This document shows positions 15,693-24,913 of a stretch of 40,000 nt of DNA, one piece after another. Origin of the DNA: Clostridia bacterium (lineage in GTDB: Bacteria; Bacillota; Clostridia; TANB77; CAG-465); the NCBI GenBank assembly GCA_017534305.1, contig JAFWCU010000035.1, positions 184,749 to 224,748 on the forward strand, in the 5' to 3' direction. The notes beneath the pieces are model-generated. The model ran no database searches, was not told the DNA's origin, and saw nothing but the letters and a program-made list of their open reading frames with translations. The stretch's first letter is position 1. Each line of letters starts with the position of its first letter. The translations under genes and the position numbers were made by a program.

Positions 15693-16760
15693 ATGCCAAA
15701 AACATGGTATAAAGTTATTTTAGGAGCTTTGGGAGTAGTACTTGGTGTGCTTCTAATAGGCTTCATAATAATTATATTTAGTGAATATTTCCCAGAAGAT
15801 AGGGAAAATGTAGTTATAGATGGTCAAGGATCAAAAACTATTAAAGAAGGAGATGCCCTAAACCTTATTACATATAATTTAGGTTATTTATCTTTAGATA
15901 ATACCCAAGATTTCTTCATGGACGGAGGTAAAGGTGTTCGTCCAAAAACTGCTACAAACGTTACAAAAAACTTAGCAGCAGTAAAAACACTTATATCAAA
16001 TCAAAATAATGATATTTATCTATTTCAAGAAGTAGATAAAAAAGCAAAAAGATCATATAACATTAATGAGTACGATGGATTAAAACAAGATTTTGACGGA
16101 GCAGCTGCTTACGCTGCAATGTTTAATTCGCTTTATATTCCATACCCAATATTTAATCCTATTGGGCATGTTGAAAGTGGAGTAGTAACATTAAGCAAAT
16201 TTGGTATAACACAAGGAACAAGAATAGCATTACCATCACATAGCAGTTGGCCAAAAAGAGCAGTAATGTATAAAAATCCAATACTTGAAACAAGAATTCC
16301 ACTTGAAGGCTCAAGTAAGGAATTAGTTGTATATAATGTTCACCTAGATGCGTATGGTTCAAAAGGTGAAAATTCAGACCAATTACAAATATTAATAGAC
16401 AATATGACTGCTGAATATGCTAAAGGAAATTATACAATAGCTGGTGGAGATTTCAATCAAACATTTCCACAAACAGACTTAGAACAATTTCCTCTAAATG
16501 ATAGTAAAAATTTCTATCCAACACAATTATCTCAAGAACAATTGCCAGAGGGATGGAAATTTGTAACAGATGCAACTAAACCTACATCAAGACTATTGAA
16601 TGAAGTATATAGTGGAAATTATGATAATACACAACTATATGTAATTGATGGATTTTTAATAAGTCCAAATATAGAAAGTAAGAGTGTAATCACTATTGAA
16701 AACAATTTCTCATATAGTGATCATCATCCAGTAAAAATTAGAATTGAATTAAAGAAATAA
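15693..16760 (+). CDS. endonuclease/exonuclease/phosphatase (EEP) family protein, membrane-anchored
   Basis: Second ATG chosen (GGAGGG lies 6 nt upstream). Motifs YLFQEVD, NVHLDAYG, GGDFNQ and SDHHPV. Confidence 0.8.
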   Translation: MPKTWYKVILGALGVVLGVLLIGFIIIIFSEYFPEDRENVVIDGQGSKTIKEGDALNLITYNLGYLSLDNTQDFFMDGGKGVRPKTATNVTKNLAAVKTLISNQNNDIYLFQEVDKKAKRSYNINEYDGLKQDFDGAAAYAAMFNSLYIPYPIFNPIGHVESGVVTLSKFGITQGTRIALPSHSSWPKRAVMYKNPILETRIPLEGSSKELVVYNVHLDAYGSKGENSDQLQILIDNMTAEYAKGNYTIAGGDFNQTFPQTDLEQFPLNDSKNFYPTQLSQEQLPEGWKFVTDATKPTSRLLNEVYSGNYDNTQLYVIDGFLISPNIESKSVITIENNFSYSDHHPVKIRIELKK

Positions 16761-16778
16761 CAAAAAAGAGAGGTTAAT

Positions 16779-17990
16779 ATGGAGATTAAAGAGAATATTT
16801 ACTATGTTGGAGTTTTAGATGAAGGTCTTAAAACTTTTGATGTAATAATGAATACAAAATATGGTTCATCATATAATTCATATCTTGTTAAAGGTAAAAA
16901 TAAAGTTGCTTTAATTGAAACTGTAAAAAGTGAATTTGCAGATGAATTTATTAAAAATATCGAAAAATATGTAAAAGTTTCAGACATAGATTATTTAATA
17001 GTTAATCATACAGAACCAGATCACGCAGGCTCTATTGGAAAATTATTAGAACTAAATCCTGAAATTGAAGTGTGTGGAACTAAAATGGCAATAGATTTTG
17101 TACGAAACATTATTAATTTTGATTTCAAATCTAATGTTTTAAGTGCAAATGATAGTATAGATTTAGGCGGTAAAGAGTTTAAATTCTTTGCATTTCCAAT
17201 GCTACATTGGCCAGATTCAATGTACACATATTTAAGAGAAGATAATATGCTATTTACTTGCGACTCGTTTGGAGTACACTATGCAAGTAAAGAACTATAC
17301 AATGATTTAGAAGAAAAAGGAGAAGTTTTAGAAGATAAAACTATAGTAGAACAATACAAATATTATTTTGATTGCATACTTGGACCTTTTAAAACACCTT
17401 TCCTACTAAATGCATTAAACAAAATAAGTCTAATACCAATAGATTATATTTGCCCAGGACATGGTATGATTATACGTAAAGATATACCAAAGTATATTGA
17501 AATGTATAAATCATGGTGTACTCAAACAGAAGAAATTAAACCTAAAATTACAATATGCTATGTATCTTCATATGGATACACTAAAAGAATAGCTAGAGCA
17601 TTAGTAGAAGGAATTAAAAAATCTGGAAAAGATATAGAGATTAAGGAATATGATCTTCAAATAGATTCTATGGAAGAAGCTAAAAAAGACCTTGCTTCTT
17701 CACAAGGAATCGCACTAGGTTCACCTACAATTCTTTCAGATTCTCTACCACAAATATATGATGTAATGTCTGTATTAAATCCTATTAAAAATAAAGGAAT
17801 GTATGCATTATCTTTTGGATCATTTGCATGGAGTGGTGAGGCTTCAGTAAACATTAACAACAGATTTGAAGCTTTGAAATTTAACATTGTTCATGAACCA
17901 ATTAGGATAAAACTAAATCCTTCAAAATATGATATAGAACAAATAGAAATGATTGGTGAAAACTTTGCCAATACAATAACAACAAAATAA
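16779..17990 (+). CDS. fprA: FprA-family flavodiiron protein (MBL-like plus flavodoxin domains)
   Basis: HTEPDHAGS di-iron motif. The C-terminal flavodoxin-like segment begins KITICYVSSYGYTKRIA. 403 aa, typical of class A flavodiiron proteins. Confidence 0.85.
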   Translation: MEIKENIYYVGVLDEGLKTFDVIMNTKYGSSYNSYLVKGKNKVALIETVKSEFADEFIKNIEKYVKVSDIDYLIVNHTEPDHAGSIGKLLELNPEIEVCGTKMAIDFVRNIINFDFKSNVLSANDSIDLGGKEFKFFAFPMLHWPDSMYTYLREDNMLFTCDSFGVHYASKELYNDLEEKGEVLEDKTIVEQYKYYFDCILGPFKTPFLLNALNKISLIPIDYICPGHGMIIRKDIPKYIEMYKSWCTQTEEIKPKITICYVSSYGYTKRIARALVEGIKKSGKDIEIKEYDLQIDSMEEAKKDLASSQGIALGSPTILSDSLPQIYDVMSVLNPIKNKGMYALSFGSFAWSGEASVNINNRFEALKFNIVHEPIRIKLNPSKYDIEQIEMIGENFANTITTK

Positions 17991-18034
17991 ACAAAAGTGC
18001 AGAGCAATCTGCATTTTTGCATTTGAGGTGAAAA

Positions 18035-18883
18035 ATGGTTTTAATATATACAATTATTGGTATAACACTTATACTTTGTATTCTTATTTATGTTAGCAAT
18101 AATATGCTTAAAGTAACAGAATATAGAGTAGTAAATAGCAAAATACCAAAAGCATTTAATAATTTAAACATTGTCCAAATATCTGATACTCATTCTAAAA
18201 TGTTTGGAAAAAATAATGAAAAGCTCATAAAACTTGTTGAGAGCACAAATCCAGATATTATAGTTATGAGTGGTGATATAATAGCAGGTAAAAAAGGTGA
18301 CATACAAAAGGCGATAGAAATGTTTAAACCTCTATATCAAAAATATCCTGTTTATTATTCTATTGGAAATCATGAGTTAATGCTTGATAAAAATAAACTT
18401 AATAAGTACTTAAAAATGCTTGAAAATAATGGCGTAAAAGTACTAATAGATAATAGTTCATATTACGAAAAAAATGGAGAAAAAATTAGAATAATTGGAA
18501 TTAATTACGACGAAAATGCAAATATGGAGAACAATTCTATTGACAAAAATGAAAACTTTGTTAAAATTATTAAGGATAAATTTAATGATATTAACAAAGA
18601 TGAGTATAACATTTTAATAGCACATGACCCAGAAAACTTTGAACTATATGAAAAAATAAAACCTGACTTAATCTTTTCTGGACATGACCATGGTGGCTTG
18701 ATTCGTTTTGGAAAAGTTGCACTTTTATCTCCAAGAAAAAAGTTCTTTCCAAAATATGCATATGGTAAAAACACAATTAATGATACTACAATGATAACAA
18801 GCTCGGGTATAGGAAACGCAAGAATTCCAATAAGATTATTTAATAGACCAGAAATAGTAAAAGTTATATTAAAAAATGAATAA
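18035..18883 (+). CDS. metallophosphoesterase (YkuE-like), membrane-anchored
   Basis: Motifs QISDTHS, SGDII, GNHE and SGHDHGG. N-terminal TM helix. Confidence 0.85.
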   Translation: MVLIYTIIGITLILCILIYVSNNMLKVTEYRVVNSKIPKAFNNLNIVQISDTHSKMFGKNNEKLIKLVESTNPDIIVMSGDIIAGKKGDIQKAIEMFKPLYQKYPVYYSIGNHELMLDKNKLNKYLKMLENNGVKVLIDNSSYYEKNGEKIRIIGINYDENANMENNSIDKNENFVKIIKDKFNDINKDEYNILIAHDPENFELYEKIKPDLIFSGHDHGGLIRFGKVALLSPRKKFFPKYAYGKNTINDTTMITSSGIGNARIPIRLFNRPEIVKVILKNE

Positions 18884-18918
18884 TATCTTGAAAAACACTC
18901 AAGATATTATATTTTTTT
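18883..18918 (+). terminator. rho-independent terminator
   Basis: ATATCTTGA-aaaacac-TCAAGATAT hairpin followed by a T-rich run. Confidence 0.7.
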
Positions 18919-18970
18919 CTGTTATATTAATAATAAAAATAAAAAAATGTAAACAATATTAAAATTATTG

Positions 18971-18999
18971 TTGCAAAATTATGTAATGTGTGTTATAAT
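18971..18999 (+). promoter_or_regulatory. sigma-A promoter of the BY-kinase module
   Basis: TTGCAA (18971-18976), a 17-nt spacer, then TGtTATAAT (18991-18999). Confidence 0.6.
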
Positions 19000-19028
19000 C
19001 AACTTATGTGTTTAAGGGGAGGAAAAGA

Positions 19029-19757
19029 ATGGAAGAGTTAGATATAATGGAACTGTTATATGCTCTAAAAAACAAAATAGTATATATAATAGTTACAGTA
19101 TTAATATTCGCCGTACTTGGTTTTGTATATTCTAAATTCTTAATTACACCAATGTACAAATCAAGCACTTCATTCGTACTTTCAAAATCTACAGAAAGTA
19201 CAACACAATCAGGAACAACAGTTAGTGAAGGTATCACTCAAAGTGATGTAACACTTAACTCAAAACTTGTTTCAACTTATAGTGAGATAATTAAATCTAA
19301 AACAATAGCAAAAGAAGTTATGCAATCACTAGGATTAGATATGAGTGTTGGTGAATTCAGATCAAGAGTAACTGTATCTTCTAAATCTGATACAGAGCTT
19401 ATTGAAATCACAGTAGCAAACGAAGATCCTGAAACTAGTGCAGCTATAGCAAATTCTCTTGCTGAAGTATTTAGAGATAAAGTATATGAAGTATATAAAA
19501 TAGATAACCTATCAGTTATAGATGAAGCTGAACCAAATCCGGTTCCATATAACATAGGTACTGTTAAAAATATTCTATTATTTGCAATCGTAGGATTAGT
19601 GCTATCATGTGGAGTTATCTTTGTTATCGTTTACTTTGATGATACAGTAAAAGAAGAAAAAGATGTAGAAGCATTAGTAAATATTCCTGTTATTGCAGCT
19701 ATACCAGTATTAGAAGATAGTGAAGGAGGTAAATTAAAATGGAAAAAAGCGAAATAA
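19029..19757 (+). CDS. Wzz/CpsC/YwqC-type chain-length determinant (BY-kinase transmembrane modulator)
   Basis: Start set at ATG 19029 after GGGGAGG. MEELDIMELLYALKNKIVYII plus a TM helix, the PMYKSSTSFVL motif and a second TM helix near the C-terminus. Confidence 0.8.
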   Translation: MEELDIMELLYALKNKIVYIIVTVLIFAVLGFVYSKFLITPMYKSSTSFVLSKSTESTTQSGTTVSEGITQSDVTLNSKLVSTYSEIIKSKTIAKEVMQSLGLDMSVGEFRSRVTVSSKSDTELIEITVANEDPETSAAIANSLAEVFRDKVYEVYKIDNLSVIDEAEPNPVPYNIGTVKNILLFAIVGLVLSCGVIFVIVYFDDTVKEEKDVEALVNIPVIAAIPVLEDSEGGKLKWKKAK

Positions 19758-20461
19758 TTGTAAATGATTTTCCTCGTTCACCAGTAGCTGAATCATTCAG
19801 ACTATTTAGAACAAACTTATTATACCTATTTGAAAATGACGAAAGCAAAACACTTTGTATAACAAGTTCAAATGCAGGTGAAGGTAAAAGCTGGGTTAGT
19901 GCTAACCTTGCAATTTCATGTGCACAATATGGTAAAAAAGTTCTAATAATAGATGCAGACTTAAGAAAAGGTAGACAACATAGAATATTCAAAAAATCTA
20001 ACAGAACAGGTTTATCTGATTTATTAAAAAATCTTAGAGGAAATATTACAGCTGAAGATATAGATAAAATTCAAGAAGAATTAACTTTAAAAATTCAAGA
20101 CACAGATATACCAAATGTATATCTGTTAACATCTGGCCCAGTACCATTTAATCCATCAGAATTATTAGGTACAGCAAACATTGATTTATTACTTGAATTA
20201 TTAAAGAAAGAATTTGATATCATTATAATAGATACTCCACCAGCTGCAATCATAGCAGACGCATTAATATTTGCTACAAAAGTAGACCACATGTTTCTTG
20301 TTGCAGCATCTAGAAAAACTAAGAAAGAGTATTTATTAACAACAAAAAAATCTGTTGAATCTGTAGGTGGTAAAATTTCAGGAATTATATTAAATGAAGT
20401 TGCTGCCGGAAGAAGAAAAGAATATTCAAAATCATATCAAAAATACGTTATTGAAAAATAA
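19739..20461 (+). CDS. CpsD/CapB/YwqD-type bacterial tyrosine kinase
   Basis: Walker A ITSSNAGEGKS, Walker A' VLIIDADLRKG, Walker B IIIIDTPP and a C-terminal Tyr cluster KEYSKSYQKYV. It overlaps the modulator gene by 19 nt. Confidence 0.85.
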   Translation: MEKSEIIVNDFPRSPVAESFRLFRTNLLYLFENDESKTLCITSSNAGEGKSWVSANLAISCAQYGKKVLIIDADLRKGRQHRIFKKSNRTGLSDLLKNLRGNITAEDIDKIQEELTLKIQDTDIPNVYLLTSGPVPFNPSELLGTANIDLLLELLKKEFDIIIIDTPPAAIIADALIFATKVDHMFLVAASRKTKKEYLLTTKKSVESVGGKISGIILNEVAAGRRKEYSKSYQKYVIEK

Positions 20462-20478
20462 TATACAACAAGATATAC

Positions 20479-20511
20479 ACAGAGTAAATAGCAGTATTTA
20501 CTCTGTTTTTT
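20479..20511 (+). terminator. rho-independent terminator
   Basis: ACAGAGTAAATA-gcag-TATTTACTCTGT perfect 12-bp hairpin followed by TTTTT. Confidence 0.8.
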
Positions 20512-20538
20512 ATTAAATTTTAGAATGGAGGACAAACT

Positions 20539-21285
20539 ATGATAGATATGCATTGTCATATCGTTCCCTTTACAGATGATGGTGCTGTAGACAATGATGC
20601 AAGTTTAGAAATGGGAAAACTAGCCATGGAGCTAGGGTACACAGATATAATTTGCACTTCGCACTACATCATTCACGATATAGAAAATGACTATAGTGAG
20701 TACAGGGATAACGTGGAAAAGTTAAATAAATTGTTTGAAGAAAACGGTATAACTGTTAAGCTTCATCCAGGTAATGAAATTTTCTTTACTAATGACATTG
20801 TAAATCTAGTAAAGGATAAAAAAGTTAGTTCACTAAATGATACAAAATATGTATTAGTTGAATTTCCATTATTTAATAACACATTACCAATGAATGCTTA
20901 TGATGAGTTTAATGCATTACAAGATGCAGGTTATACACCAATTCTTGCACATCCTGAAAGATATGATTTCGTATCTAAAGGAGTTGAATGCTTAATACCA
21001 TTAGTTGAATCTGGAGTATTACTTCAAGCAAATATGGGAAGTATAAACGGAAAATACGGAAAACATGCACAAAAGAATATAAAGAAAATGTTAAAACTTA
21101 ATATGGTACATTTCTTTGGCACAGACTCACACAATACTTCTGTATATGAAATGCAAGAAAAAGCATTAAAGAAAGTTAAAAAGATAATAAAAGATGATGA
21201 ACTTATTGAAAAGATTTTTGTAGAAAATCCTCAAAAAGTTTTAAACAATGAAAAAATAAGTATATGGTACCCAAAGAGCAAGTAA
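20539..21285 (+). CDS. PHP-family tyrosine-protein phosphatase (CpsB/YwqE-like)
   Basis: MIDMHCHIVPFTDDG N-terminus, with the TSHY, AHPERY and GTDSHN metal-ligand motifs. Confidence 0.85.
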   Translation: MIDMHCHIVPFTDDGAVDNDASLEMGKLAMELGYTDIICTSHYIIHDIENDYSEYRDNVEKLNKLFEENGITVKLHPGNEIFFTNDIVNLVKDKKVSSLNDTKYVLVEFPLFNNTLPMNAYDEFNALQDAGYTPILAHPERYDFVSKGVECLIPLVESGVLLQANMGSINGKYGKHAQKNIKKMLKLNMVHFFGTDSHNTSVYEMQEKALKKVKKIIKDDELIEKIFVENPQKVLNNEKISIWYPKSK

Positions 21286-21303
21286 AACACTTGCTCTTTT
21301 TTA
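21274..21303 (+). terminator. rho-independent terminator overlapping the phosphatase stop codon
   Basis: AAGAGCAAGT-aaaac-ACTTGCTCTT 10-bp hairpin followed by a T-run. Confidence 0.75.
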
Positions 21304-21347
21304 TTGTAAATATTTAATTTCTATGATACAATTTTGTTGGTGATTAT

Positions 21348-22610
21348 ATGGACAAAATCGAAAAGGCAATTATAGTTGGTGCAAATATTGACCAATATGA
21401 AAGATTTGAAAAATCAATGGATGAACTAGAAAATCTAGTTTTAGCTTGTGATATAGAAGTTGTAGGAAGAGAAACACAAAATCTACTTGAAGTAAATAAT
21501 GCAATGTACATAGGAAAAGGAAAAGCAGAAGAAATAGCTACAAAAGCTGAAGCATTAAAAGTAGACTATGTTATATTTAACAACGAATTATCTGGAAGAC
21601 AGATGAGAAACTTATCTAAAATAATCAAAGCAGATATACTAGATAGAACTGCATTAATATTAGAAATATTTTCTAGACGTGCTCGTACTAAAGAGGCAAA
21701 ACTTCAAGTAGAAGTGGCAAGACTTGAGTATATGATGCCACGTCTTGTTGGAATGCATGAAGCACTTGGAAGACAAGGTGGTGGTTCATTCTTCAACAAA
21801 GGTTCTGGTGAAAAGAAAATAGAACTAGATAGAAGACTTATTGAAGAAAAACTAACAGACTTAAGACACGAACTAGAAGAGTTGTCTGTAGATAGAGAAG
21901 TTCAAAGAAAAAAACGTGAAGAATCTAATATTCCGCTTGTATCTCTTGTAGGATATACAAATGCTGGAAAATCTAGTTTAATGAACTATATGATAGATAG
22001 ATTTGTAAAAGACGAAGACAAAAAAGTTTTTGAAGAAGACATGCTATTTGCAACTCTTGAAACATCTGTAAGAAAAATTGAATTAGAAGATAACAGAAAA
22101 TTCTTGCTTTCAGATACAGTAGGATTTATTAGTGAACTTCCTCATGATTTAATAAAAGCATTTAGATCAACATTAGAAGAAATTAAAAATGCAGATTTAC
22201 TTGTTCAAGTAATAGACTATTCAGATAAAGATTTTGCAGAACACATGGAAGTAACAAAAGAAACTCTAGAAAAGATTGGAGCAGGAGATATTCCAGTGAT
22301 TTATGTGTATAACAAATCTGAACTTATGCTTGAAAAACTACCACTTGTAGATGGAGATGAAATCTATCTTTCAATTAGAGAAAAACGTGGTATGGATGAG
22401 CTAATAGATATGATAATAAACAAAATATACAGTGAGTATAAAAAAGTTAAAATGCTTATACCTTTTAGTGACGGTAGTGTAGTATCATATTTAAATGAAC
22501 ATGCAACTGTAATGAATACAGATTATGATGAAAAAGGTACAATTCTTACAGTAGAATGTACACCTGCTCAATATAACAAATATCAAGAATATATAGTTGA
22601 AGAGGAGTAA
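21348..22610 (+). CDS. hflX: GTPase HflX
   Basis: HflX N-domain (DRTALILEIFSRRARTKEAKLQVEVARLEYMMPRL), G1 GYTNAGKSS, G3 DTVGF and G4 NKSE. Confidence 0.9.
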   Translation: MDKIEKAIIVGANIDQYERFEKSMDELENLVLACDIEVVGRETQNLLEVNNAMYIGKGKAEEIATKAEALKVDYVIFNNELSGRQMRNLSKIIKADILDRTALILEIFSRRARTKEAKLQVEVARLEYMMPRLVGMHEALGRQGGGSFFNKGSGEKKIELDRRLIEEKLTDLRHELEELSVDREVQRKKREESNIPLVSLVGYTNAGKSSLMNYMIDRFVKDEDKKVFEEDMLFATLETSVRKIELEDNRKFLLSDTVGFISELPHDLIKAFRSTLEEIKNADLLVQVIDYSDKDFAEHMEVTKETLEKIGAGDIPVIYVYNKSELMLEKLPLVDGDEIYLSIREKRGMDELIDMIINKIYSEYKKVKMLIPFSDGSVVSYLNEHATVMNTDYDEKGTILTVECTPAQYNKYQEYIVEEE

Positions 22611-22614
22611 GAAA

Positions 22615-23415
22615 ATGGAAGAAATTAAACAAATACTTTCAAGAATAAAAATAACAAATATTTTATCATCTCTTGCTATAATCATTATTAGCTTTATCAT
22701 ATACAAAGTCATAGTATATCTTTTAACAAGAGGTGGAGAAAAAACACAATTAAACATGTTTACAAGTAAAAAAAGCAAAACATATATGAAGCTTTTAAGA
22801 AGTATAATTAGATATGCTTTTATCATAATAACAGCATTGATATTGCTTCAAGTAAATGGTGTTAATGTAAGTTCACTACTTGCAGGAGTTGGAATCTTTA
22901 GTGTGGTTATTGGTCTTGCAATACAAGATGCTCTAAAGGACATAATTAGAGGAACTAGTATTTTATCAGACAACTATTTTAACGTAGGTGATGTCGTAAA
23001 ATACGGAGAGATTGAAGGAAAAGTAGTAGCACTAGGACTAAAGACTACAAAAATTGAATCATTAGTAGATAACAATATTATTTCCATTGCAAATAGAAAT
23101 ATAGAACAAATTGAAGTCTTAAGCGGAATAATTAATGTAAATATTCCAATGCCATATGAAGTTAAAGTTGAAGAAGCAGAAAAAGTAATAAACGAAATAG
23201 TTGAATGTGTAAAATGCAACAACAACGTCAAAAACTGTTGGTATAAATCAGTTAATGAACTAGCAGATAGTTACATTAATTACTTAATTCAAGTTCAATG
23301 TGTTCCACAATTTAAACGTCAAGTAAGAAGAGATTCACTAAGAACTGCATTACTAGTACTTGAAGATAATAACATTGCAGTACCATACACACAAATAGAT
23401 ATTCATAATAAATAA
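22615..23415 (+). CDS. MscS-family mechanosensitive channel
   Basis: Start set at ATG 22615, 7 nt after GAGGAG. TM helices are followed by the beta-domain core GDVVKYGEIEGKVVALGLKTTKI. Confidence 0.8.
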   Translation: MEEIKQILSRIKITNILSSLAIIIISFIIYKVIVYLLTRGGEKTQLNMFTSKKSKTYMKLLRSIIRYAFIIITALILLQVNGVNVSSLLAGVGIFSVVIGLAIQDALKDIIRGTSILSDNYFNVGDVVKYGEIEGKVVALGLKTTKIESLVDNNIISIANRNIEQIEVLSGIINVNIPMPYEVKVEEAEKVINEIVECVKCNNNVKNCWYKSVNELADSYINYLIQVQCVPQFKRQVRRDSLRTALLVLEDNNIAVPYTQIDIHNK

Positions 23416-23423
23416 TTAAAATT

Positions 23424-23452
23424 AGAAGTATAGAAATATACTTCTTTTTTTT
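23424..23452 (+). terminator. rho-independent terminator
   Basis: AGAAGTATA-gaaa-TATACTTCT hairpin followed by TTTTTTT. Confidence 0.75.
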
Positions 23453-23466
23453 ATACAAAAAGAATA

Positions 23467-23832
23467 GTGGCAAATAATATAATTATGGATATAGTTGCAA
23501 ATATAATAATTGGATTTACAAATGGAATATTTTCAAGTGGTGCTGGTCAAATACTTCTTCTATACTACATATATTTTAAAAAATATGATTCTAAAGATAT
23601 AAGAAACCTAAGCCTTATAATTATGCCATTAATCTCGATTCCATCTTTGATTTATTACTTTTTAAAAATTGATATTAATACAAAAGAAATTGCTATTTTA
23701 TGCATAATCTCAATCATATTTGGAACATTAGGAAATACAATAATGAAAAAGATGAATTCAAACATCTTAAACTTAATTTCAGGAGTTATATTGGTAGCTA
23801 TTACAGCAATTAATATGTGGTGTGTAAAATGA
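23467..23832 (+). CDS. half-size TauE/SafE-like membrane protein (first of a tandem pair)
   Basis: About 4 TM helices and a glycine-rich N-terminal helix IIGFTNGIFSSGAGQILL. The start is uncertain (GTG 23467 or ATG 23485, both with a weak RBS). Confidence 0.5.
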   Translation: MANNIIMDIVANIIIGFTNGIFSSGAGQILLLYYIYFKKYDSKDIRNLSLIIMPLISIPSLIYYFLKIDINTKEIAILCIISIIFGTLGNTIMKKMNSNILNLISGVILVAITAINMWCVK

Positions 23833-24218
23833 TCTATTTAATATCAATCATATCCTCTTTTTTATCTGGTTTAGGTGTTGGTGGGGGATCATTATTTGTT
23901 TTGATACAAATAATGGCTAAAAAACAAGATTTGAATCAAATAAGGGCATATAATTTAGCAATGTTTATTTCTATTGGACTAGTACTTGCAATAAAAAACA
24001 AAAATGAAATAAAAGGATTAAAAATTAACAAGTTTTCAATAATAGTATTTGCAGCTGTTGGCTCAATTATTGGTGCAAAAATTGGTAATAAAATTAATGA
24101 AAATATAACCAAAAGAATATTTAATATTTTTATGCTAATCATTGGATTTTATGAAATAATTGTCAGTTTAAAAAGAATTAAAAATGCCAAGAATAATAAT
24201 GTGAAAGGAGATAAGTGA
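23829..24218 (+). CDS. half-size TauE/SafE-like membrane protein (second of a tandem pair)
   Basis: The ATG at 23829 overlaps the upstream stop (ATGA). FLSGLGVGGGSLFV is the TauE signature. 4 TM helices. Confidence 0.55.
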   Translation: MIYLISIISSFLSGLGVGGGSLFVLIQIMAKKQDLNQIRAYNLAMFISIGLVLAIKNKNEIKGLKINKFSIIVFAAVGSIIGAKIGNKINENITKRIFNIFMLIIGFYEIIVSLKRIKNAKNNNVKGDK

Positions 24219-24219
24219 T

Positions 24220-24357
24220 ATGAATTTTTTAAAAGGAACAATAATTGGTATGGTAGCAGGTGCATGCATCGGTTATATGGAAAATGAATCAATTTGCAAA
24301 ATTATGAAAAAGGGTGAAAGAGAATTTAAAAAAATTAAAAGAAAATTTGGAATGTAA
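24220..24357 (+). CDS. 45-aa small protein with a glycine-zipper TM/amphipathic segment (not in the ORF track)
   Basis: My own translation: MNFLKGTIIGMVAGACIGYMENESICKIMKKGEREFKKIKRKFGM. RBS AAAGGAG lies 9 nt upstream. The start is 1 nt after the preceding stop, and a terminator follows. Confidence 0.45.
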   Translation: MNFLKGTIIGMVAGACIGYMENESICKIMKKGEREFKKIKRKFGM

Positions 24358-24366
24358 TAACAAAAA

Positions 24367-24400
24367 AGCTAAGGTAAATCACATTACTTTAGCTATTTTT
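24367..24400 (+). terminator. rho-independent terminator
   Basis: AGCTAAGGTAA-atcaca-TTACTTTAGCT hairpin (11 bp including one G-U pair) followed by ATTTTT. Confidence 0.65.
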
Positions 24401-24441
24401 ATGTAAAATTAAGATATTTTGCACTTTTTCTAATACTACAC

Positions 24442-24470
24442 TTGATATTTCCATCTATTTAATATATAAT
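24442..24470 (+). promoter_or_regulatory. sigma-A promoter of the two-gene operon of unknown function
   Basis: TTGATA (24442-24447), a 17-nt spacer, then TATAAT (24465-24470). Confidence 0.6.
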
Positions 24471-24515
24471 TATATGTGTATAAATTTAATTATGTAAGAT
24501 AATGGGGGAGTTATT

Positions 24516-24836
24516 ATGCAATATAAAAAAGTTATAACTTTATCACTAATATTTGCTGTCGTTTTTGCAATCGTTAATGAATTCGTATTTGCAGCATCTA
24601 CAGCAGTAACAGGAGACGGTATATTAGATGGTGCTTTAAAAGTACTAGTTATGATACAAAAATACTCATGGCCAGTAGTTACATTACTTATGGTATGGGC
24701 TTTATACAAATACTATGTAATGGGTAATGAAGTTCTAGCAGAAAAAGTTGTAGGACAAAGAATGGTAGTAGGAATTGCCATATTTATGGTAATTGTTCAA
24801 TGTTTACCATTAGTTTATGCATTCTTTATTGTTTAG
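24516..24836 (+). CDS. secreted small 2-TM membrane protein, VirB2/TrbC-pilin-like topology
   Basis: Signal peptide MQYKKVITLSLIFAVVFAIVNEFVFA|AS, then two hydrophobic helices separated by a short charged loop (YKYYVMGNEVLAEKVVGQR). RBS GGGGGAG. Confidence 0.6.
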   Translation: MQYKKVITLSLIFAVVFAIVNEFVFAASTAVTGDGILDGALKVLVMIQKYSWPVVTLLMVWALYKYYVMGNEVLAEKVVGQRMVVGIAIFMVIVQCLPLVYAFFIV

Positions 24837-24913
24837 AACAAAGGTTAATGATTATAGACATATTATAATTAATATGCAACCTAAAATTTAATTTATTGAA
24901 AGGGAAAGAGAAT

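Noticed and set aside
22491-22826. 111-aa minus-strand ORF bridging the hflX/MscS junction
   Set aside because: It is antisense to two well-supported genes. Its translation is low-complexity Ile/Leu/Phe.
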